From assembly GCA_014297435.1 (NCBI GenBank), contig JACOQA010000001.1, forward strand, positions 96,001 through 160,000: 64,000 bases of DNA. Direction: 5' to 3'. This DNA comes from Candidatus Nanohaloarchaea archaeon (GTDB lineage Archaea > Nanohalarchaeota > Nanosalinia > Nanosalinales > Nanosalinaceae). Each line of letters opens with the position of its first letter. Position 1 is the first letter of the stretch. Both the position numbers and the translations under genes were made by a program. Below, one piece after another: positions 58,701 to 64,000 of this stretch. Under the pieces are notes generated by a model. The model saw only the letters and a program-made list of their open reading frames with translations. It did no database searches and was not told the origin of the DNA.

Positions 58701-60166
58701 AGTCTATCAGTTTTACCGGTTTGGTCCTGATAAATGCGGTTTATAGCTTTACAGACTGACATGCTTTCCGTAGGTTTGAACGTTCTTACATCGATCTTTA
58801 TAGCCTGTTCGTAGTCGTACCATACTGGAGCGTTGCTACCGGGGGAACTGGTTCCTTCTTTGGTCCACATGTCAACATATTTGAGACAAGTTGTTTTTTC
58901 GCCGGGACAGCTTGCACTAAATCCTGATAGGGACGGAAGTTCGGCTGTATGGCGGGTAGGTTCTTCGCCGTTTTTGCTTACCATTACTTTTTTGCCTACC
59001 ATGTGTGATTCATCAGGACTTTCGCGGGCGACGATGTTTCCTTCGTTAATTACTACGAATCCATCTCCGTTGCCGTTAGGTCCGTCTGCGTCAACGGTTT
59101 TGGTGCTTTCGAAACCGCACCAAACTTGGTCGTTACCGTTATGTGCTGTGAAGTCGGTTAATGTTGCGGCAGGATCATTGTCTGGTTTATTTGGGTATTC
59201 GTCATCGTAGTGGTCGCTTTCCCCTCCTCCTGTATCCCCGCCGCCATCGACAACGTTGTGCTGGTTGCAGTCATATCTTGAGATATCGTGTTCGTTGCTG
59301 TATGTTGGTGCAGTACTGCAAGGACCTTTTTTGGGACATGAGAGAACACAGCTGCCGAATTGAGAGCAGTATTTGTCATGTCTTAGTATGGTGTCTCCAT
59401 CCGTGGTAAAACCTGTTAATGTGCCTGTGTAAGGACTTTGTGGGCATCCGCTTCCGCAGTCAGGATCATTAGGTATTTCATTGTTGTTTCTTACGTGGTA
59501 TGATTCGTAGATTCTTCCGTAATCGGCTCGGCAGTTGGTAGATCCTGCTGTACTTGTGTCTTTTGCTGTTTCTCCTGTTACGTAGTCTTCTTCGTTGTTT
59601 GTTTGTTCTCCATCTCCGCAGGTGATTGGCTCTCCTATAATTGTGTTTGTTCCGCTTATTCGTTGTCCGTTGTTTGGTGGGTCAATTGCTCTTTTGTTCT
59701 TTAGCACGGTTCCTGTAGGGAAGTTGGTGTATGTTTCTGATTCGTTATCTCCGCCACCCCAGTTTCCGTCTTTTCCATCTATATTTGTTATGTAGTTTTC
59801 GGTGAAAGGGTCTAGTGAATCTTGGGTTGAGCCTCCGTTGTTGAGAACTGTTTGTTTGACTTTTGTTCTTCCTTTATAGAAGACGGAGGGGTCGTGTTGG
59901 AGGTCGAGCGGGCTGCCTTCGTATTCGGTTGTTAGTACGTTTGTTAGGTCTGTGTCCCATACGCTGGCTTCTGTGTTGTCGGCGTAGTAGGGTTGAACAC
60001 ATCCGGGGTCAAGCCCGTCAATCATTCCGTCTTCGTCGTCGTGCTGGTTGTTGTTACATTTGGTTACGTCGTTTCCGGAGCCGATTCCTTCGTATGCGGT
60101 GGCTGATAGTATCATTCCGAGAAGTGTTAACGTCAGCAACAGGGTTTTGACGTGTTTCACATTCAA
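55754..60166 (-). CDS. giant Cys/Asp/Gly-rich cell-surface protein (1470 aa)
   Basis: Sec signal (LLLTLTLLGMILSATA), DxDxDG-type motifs, Ig-like C-terminal domain, VPGI + TM anchor. Confidence 0.85.
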   Translation of the reverse strand: MNVKHVKTLLLTLTLLGMILSATAYEGIGSGNDVTKCNNNQHDDEDGMIDGLDPGCVQPYYADNTEASVWDTDLTNVLTTEYEGSPLDLQHDPSVFYKGRTKVKQTVLNNGGSTQDSLDPFTENYITNIDGKDGNWGGGDNESETYTNFPTGTVLKNKRAIDPPNNGQRISGTNTIIGEPITCGDGEQTNNEEDYVTGETAKDTSTAGSTNCRADYGRIYESYHVRNNNEIPNDPDCGSGCPQSPYTGTLTGFTTDGDTILRHDKYCSQFGSCVLSCPKKGPCSTAPTYSNEHDISRYDCNQHNVVDGGGDTGGGESDHYDDEYPNKPDNDPAATLTDFTAHNGNDQVWCGFESTKTVDADGPNGNGDGFVVINEGNIVARESPDESHMVGKKVMVSKNGEEPTRHTAELPSLSGFSASCPGEKTTCLKYVDMWTKEGTSSPGSNAPVWYDYEQAIKIDVRTFKPTESMSVCKAINRIYQDQTGKTDRLIECSVDRDDDGNTGSSTILEPGDNGCGRVWGDEPGEYPIYKEGPEVDDSKFSENTGHFQSCVDTETPVDPLNDRDACVLKGKTVPEGTVKDINPNDRRYEKGEKSADYEVCLDIEEYNDNEEVDSMAGDNIGDNKDNTDNGGEWYDLDSSLAQKAINSGDITTSDIPGYDSDTSDEHRIGYYWRENPDRQHPKYNPQGGNTGIALEDDCGNSDFIGRNGPLQADTLWGCDDQEAVLGTSTTDGSDARTGTFYGFFGKIRQGEDAQPYDRRRDDDYNPEGDTSKAQTALEGYRGFHNKMQDLSDQFEPEMDTSTFNMMESGGWPPEAENGWKSSLGNEQVDRWAYTPSPEWVISSTGLPFPPYGTYTWGGGEGSDRSDYDSDSVMKASKVHGNSWAAVAKSKIDGTEDDNGNQIKTNDGVWIDPDRMRELEMENRVKLTHDDNSWWQSLRFGIDLTGPDSGLGYDIGTQNPSGSKFRGESNSLVRTDIYWEGELDNENNDNDGMTDEGEDGNVMGDAQNDGRNWRGARSPEFPDYNVGETVTQLEPPMCGDDRKEFLVEEMGESHLPARFDGQYACTNTRTNCVDFSASDSKLFERGSYQQTDEWDENIGRLKNDREYCAQSVDGQSVWYDQDYGDLDGDGAQETCDTNSLYGSIGVRWFDADYIKDHPTSVRGGIDDDWNQLIQDQGANMFSGLTNGNTGLETNVSGDWNFNTQSPVPSGSREVSATSNNQTIATLGFCGGDDEGEYLVTQQCANNLCETRRDVIGVARNPESCILDESTMDYDTSIPNDELRNRQLFAPGDEVSVDLGQESVSMTCFNGFWHRDYPLNIMENTLQVPSGEKSTASFQVINVRDEPTEFDVSLVENFDGVSAFQFTRFANSDSQSFQTTIPARSSKQFSIEVTGGSTDIDGDLEEDMDNVEIEAEGVNTNFYGRDNITVTVSDTGSRDGPRQGEPENVPGITAVQLAIITMISSVFFFLQS

Positions 60167-60401
60167 GGGTTTCTCGAGCCTGTATAAATAATCTTCCGGG
60201 TTAGGAGAGTCTTCCTAAAATGTTAAGTTGTTACTTATCGATGCTGAAAACAGCCCGATGTTTTAAATAGTTTGGAGACTAATTACTATTTAGTCACAAC
60301 CAGTTTGGACGGGTTTACTTAAGCCCGAAAAAACAAAAATACAATCAAAACATGAATTTAGCGACCCCGATCTCCCTCCTCAACCAACGTGAACACCAAA
60401 A

Positions 60402-61727
60402 ATGGCTTCAACACAACCAAAAAACGGCGAAGACCTCGAAAAAGTCGCAGAACGTCTAAACCCAGTTAAGGGAAAAACCACTTCCGCAGACAGAATGGGC
60501 CGCCACAGACTAATGACAGACGGAAGCGGAGACCGGGAAGGAAGACCAGACCTAGAAGGAGCAGAAAACATCGACCAAGAAGCCCAAGGTGACGGAGGAG
60601 CATACGGCAAATTCGGACAAACAGAACCTGTAAATGAGGATTCCGGATTTAACATAGATATTACGAGAAGACAAGCAGTAGCAGGAGGAGGCTCAATCCT
60701 CGCAGCATTAGGACTAGGATTCGGAGCAACACAACTAGATCAAGAAAACAATCAAAGAGAAACAGGAGTAGCAAACCCCTCAGACAAATCAGCTCCAACA
60801 GGAAATGAAACTAGAAACAAAGAAGATCCAACCGAAAGCGATGTCGATGATCAAACTTCAGAAGAACCAATAAATGATGGTATTAAGTTTGCAGAAATTT
60901 ATAACGACACTATACCTGGTGCTGGCTTCGACAGCTTTTCACAAGGGGAAGTAAGAACAGTAAAAAGAGTTGAACAGAGAGAAGATACTTCAGCAGCCCT
61001 TGAAAGAACAGTAGAACTGCTTGAAAACCGCAATGATCCTGCAGCAGAAAGAGGATTCAAAGAAGTAGTACACAACGACCTTGGATACACAGAAGACCAA
61101 GTAAGAGTCCTCGACAGGAACCACAGCGACGGAACACCTTTCGCAGCAGTAATGGTCAAAAACGAAGAAGGAGACTGGGTTAAAGATCTTATGAGCTTCA
61201 CAGGTACTGAAACAGGTTACCTAAGGCACGATGAAGACAGTCTCGACAGCAGCGGAGAAAGAGGACTCAATGACATTGTTAGGGAAGGCGGTAATGTTGC
61301 TTCCGCCACTATATTCAGTAGAATTCGGGAGTATATTCAGTCATTTGGAGCCAGAGACTCATTTAGCGATAGTGAATGGAAAGAGATTGCTGAAAGCTAC
61401 AACGTGAGGAATGATCATATTGTTGTAGGTGATGTTGAGGACAGAGGAGAGATTACTTACACGCCAGACGCTGCTTCAGCTGTTGAGGATATTATGAAGC
61501 CTGATGGCACTCAGGTATTCAATCAGGAGATGGAGATGGTAGAAGCGGCAACCGAATTCTATCATAACCAGATGGGAGAATACGGCAAGGTCGATGTTAA
61601 AACAGGAGAGCTTGAAGAGGGAGAAGTTGAGCTCACACAACTAGAGTCAGGTGAGACACTCTACATGGAAGAAGTTGATGCAGAGATTTACAATGAATTG
61701 GCCCTCACCCTCTACGAGGCTGAATAA
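60402..61727 (+). CDS. hypothetical membrane-anchored protein with an internal twin-arginine motif
   Basis: About 85-aa acidic N-region, TRRQAV + hydrophobic stretch, low-complexity linker. Confidence 0.7.
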   Translation: MASTQPKNGEDLEKVAERLNPVKGKTTSADRMGRHRLMTDGSGDREGRPDLEGAENIDQEAQGDGGAYGKFGQTEPVNEDSGFNIDITRRQAVAGGGSILAALGLGFGATQLDQENNQRETGVANPSDKSAPTGNETRNKEDPTESDVDDQTSEEPINDGIKFAEIYNDTIPGAGFDSFSQGEVRTVKRVEQREDTSAALERTVELLENRNDPAAERGFKEVVHNDLGYTEDQVRVLDRNHSDGTPFAAVMVKNEEGDWVKDLMSFTGTETGYLRHDEDSLDSSGERGLNDIVREGGNVASATIFSRIREYIQSFGARDSFSDSEWKEIAESYNVRNDHIVVGDVEDRGEITYTPDAASAVEDIMKPDGTQVFNQEMEMVEAATEFYHNQMGEYGKVDVKTGELEEGEVELTQLESGETLYMEEVDAEIYNELALTLYEAE

Positions 61728-61740
61728 ACTTCTTATCCTC

Positions 61741-64000
61741 TCATCTTCCGTTTGAACCGAAATCCCAACTATCGTAATCTTGGTCTATACCTTCAAGTGG
61801 ATGTCTAGAACCTATTCCATTAGCTGGGTTACCCGTGTTGAAGTGTTTGAATGGGTCTACGTTTAGGGTGTTGGTTCTTTGGGCTTGTTGTTTGAGCCAT
61901 GATGTATTTACTGGATTATCGCGGATCTGCGAAACCGTTTGAATCTTTGTCTCAATTTTGCTAGCGTCATGTTCGTTGACTCCTTCTGTTATGTAGGCTG
62001 TTGTTGTTTCTGGTTCGAATGATCCTACATGACCGCTGTTTGTGTCTTCGTTCCAGAATATTTCCCCTTCATGGTATAGCTTGACGTTAGCGGCTGGCGG
62101 GTTTTCGAATGGTTTAACCGCCTGTTGGAATCCATACATACAGGTGTATTGGTTGGGATTAGCAAGAGTTGGTCTTTCTGGTAGCTTTCCAACTACTCCG
62201 ATTCCGTAGGGGTAGAAGGTGTTGTCATCAATGGTGGTTGTAGGTGGTTTTCTCTCTAAGTTAACTCTTTTCGAGGAGTCTGAAGGTCGTTGAGCTGGTG
62301 TTCCTCTCCAGCATTGTGCTCTAATGCTTACGGGGTCGGCAAATTCGCCGCCTGTGGGGGTTTCCGGGTGGGTTGAAAGCCATATGTCTAAGGAGGATAG
62401 AGGAACGAAGAATCCTGCATAACCTTCCGTCTGGTCTGGAACAATATTGAAGAATTTTATATTCATCGTTTCCTTTTCGCTTTCTTCGGTACCGCACAAC
62501 CATTCTCCGTCTACGTAGGTCCATGATGTACCTGTAACGCAGTTACCGGCGAAACCTCCCCTGAATACTGCAGGATTATCTATAGTTCCTTCAGCTGAGC
62601 TTATCGATCCTTCGTATTCAGAGTTGTCTTTAGGGGCTCCAGCGTTAGCTACCTGCCATTCTTCATCCATTTCACCTGATTCATACATATCTCCGCCGGT
62701 AACGAAATTGTTTTCTCCGTAGTAGCTGGTTCCGTGGTGTCCTGAACCGGTGTAACTGAATTCAGCGCTTTTAAGAGTCTGGTATTTTACGCTATCGAAG
62801 TAAGCCAGTAGAGATGATTCAGGGTTCTCAACATAATTATTTACTATTTGTGATTCTGATGAAGTAGGTATCTGGTTCTCAGGTACCTTGTATGCAGCTA
62901 CCTTCATTGTTTCGTGCGGACCCCAGTAGCTAGATGTCAGAGGCAGACTGTTACAGAACTGTTTTCTTTTTTCATATTCAAGATGGTCATTGAAACCCGG
63001 TTTACATTCAAAAACATGCGGGAAACCTTCGTTAGCAGTATTCGGTTCCTGTATTTCGTTTGAATCTGTGTACTTAATAGAGAAGCCTGCTTCATTACTG
63101 TAATCACAGGAACCATCTTCCATAACACCAGCCTGGAAAACTTTCTCAAAATCCTCATTCTGGATTATACGGTTGCAGCTTGTTTCAGAGCTTTTTTCTT
63201 CATCTGTTAGTGAATCACATCCGGGATCATTGTTGGTTGTAGATGTAAATTTTGAATTCTGATGGTCTAATCTTCCGTTATCATCATTATCGATTCCGTC
63301 TTTACATTCTGGAAGACTACTCCACTCTCCATTAAGTTGGCATTCGTATCCTGTATAGCCGTCTTCAGCGGTATAGACAACTCTATCTTCGGAAGTTGCC
63401 TCATATCTTTGATTGTTACATAGATGGAACTTGGTGTTATCGAAAAGTTTTGGATCCTCATAATCGTTCAAATCTCCTCGAGCAGCTCCTACAATTATTT
63501 CGCCTTGAGGTTTATAACCAAGAATCCCTGAAACTCTAGGGTTCTCATTAATTTTACAGTCAAAGTTTCCCTGTCCACATTCATTGTGAAAGTCTTCCGA
63601 AAAACTCTTCGTAAATATATGGTTAAGGTTGCCATTACAGTTATCAGTCAAGCATGGAGAACTAGCTATTGCTGTACTTAACTGGGAGAGCGAACCATCT
63701 GTAGACATTATATTTCCTTGATGGGTACGGTATTTTCCGTTTTTCCCGGATTTCCTATCTCTTATCATTAACAAAGGGGCAGAGTTTCCTTCATTTTCGA
63801 ACGAGGAATCATCCGGAAAATTCTCTCTTATAGTGAAACCTTTTACACTATCAAAACTATTCGAAGCTTCAGAAGTATGTATATCAACTATCAAATATTC
63901 GCCGGATAGAAGTCCTGGTTCGCTTACTTGGCTGGTTGATGGTTCGCCGCCAAAGGAAAAAAGATCTCCCAAGTTAATTGCTGAAGCAGTTGAAATAGCT
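61741..64000 (-). CDS. large Cys-rich secreted protein, 5' end outside the window
   Basis: Frame open to the edge (AISTASA-INLGD, signal-peptide-like); CKDGIDNDDNG...DPGC motif shared with the 1470-aa protein. Confidence 0.8.
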   Translation of the reverse strand, partial: AISTASAINLGDLFSFGGEPSTSQVSEPGLLSGEYLIVDIHTSEASNSFDSVKGFTIRENFPDDSSFENEGNSAPLLMIRDRKSGKNGKYRTHQGNIMSTDGSLSQLSTAIASSPCLTDNCNGNLNHIFTKSFSEDFHNECGQGNFDCKINENPRVSGILGYKPQGEIIVGAARGDLNDYEDPKLFDNTKFHLCNNQRYEATSEDRVVYTAEDGYTGYECQLNGEWSSLPECKDGIDNDDNGRLDHQNSKFTSTTNNDPGCDSLTDEEKSSETSCNRIIQNEDFEKVFQAGVMEDGSCDYSNEAGFSIKYTDSNEIQEPNTANEGFPHVFECKPGFNDHLEYEKRKQFCNSLPLTSSYWGPHETMKVAAYKVPENQIPTSSESQIVNNYVENPESSLLAYFDSVKYQTLKSAEFSYTGSGHHGTSYYGENNFVTGGDMYESGEMDEEWQVANAGAPKDNSEYEGSISSAEGTIDNPAVFRGGFAGNCVTGTSWTYVDGEWLCGTEESEKETMNIKFFNIVPDQTEGYAGFFVPLSSLDIWLSTHPETPTGGEFADPVSIRAQCWRGTPAQRPSDSSKRVNLERKPPTTTIDDNTFYPYGIGVVGKLPERPTLANPNQYTCMYGFQQAVKPFENPPAANVKLYHEGEIFWNEDTNSGHVGSFEPETTTAYITEGVNEHDASKIETKIQTVSQIRDNPVNTSWLKQQAQRTNTLNVDPFKHFNTGNPANGIGSRHPLEGIDQDYDSWDFGSNGR

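Noticed and set aside
54277-60166. HerA as a VirB4/CedB-like secretion ATPase serving the giant surface protein
   Set aside because: Only 25 bp apart, but herA has its own TATA-like box, a HAS-barrel-like N-terminus and mre11-rad50 neighbours; a repair role is more parsimonious
1-64000. CRISPR arrays, IS elements, integrases, inteins, rRNA
   Set aside because: No regularly spaced repeats, transposase or recombinase motifs, intein-sized insertions or rRNA-like segments seen

Overview
Archaeal chromosomal window, most likely from a Nanohaloarchaeota (DPANN) genome. This is inferred from the very acidic proteome, a fused PriS-PriL primase, an intact exosome (absent from Halobacteria), tight gene packing and many apparently leaderless genes. 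Most of the window is conserved core: ppa, an ABC-2 exporter, XPB, METTL5-rpoL-sec11-tfs, RPA-PCNA-primase-GINS-pyrH-L44e-S27e-aIF2a-Nop10-PAC2-rpoK-eno-S2, L7Ae-S28e-L24e-aIF5B, the psmA-sdo1-exosome-L37ae-rpoP-pcc1-pfdB superoperon, sepF, aCPSF1-psmB, a DEAD-box helicase, csp, proS and mre11-rad50-herA. There are two complete tRNAs (Ala-GGC and an intron-containing Ile-UAU) and a probable third cut by the window edge. Several small genes were missed by the ORF track and are added here. The most notable observations are: (i) tRNA-Ile(UAU) with a 78-nt BHB intron and a K-turn hairpin in its leader; (ii) a fused primase lacking the Fe-S cysteines and an L37ae lacking its zinc ribbon; (iii) a Doc/Fic-like protein with a His->Gln motif, convergent with a small Phd-tail-like protein; (iv) an orphan DapA-like aldolase with an altered catalytic triad that shares a promoter motif with a LysM-like Lrp regulator; (v) dispersed twin-arginine orphan proteins, including two metzincin-like ones (one a pseudogene); (vi) a cluster of large Cys/Asp-rich surface proteins. 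No CRISPR array, IS element or integrase was seen. All calls come from reading the sequence by eye; no searches were run.
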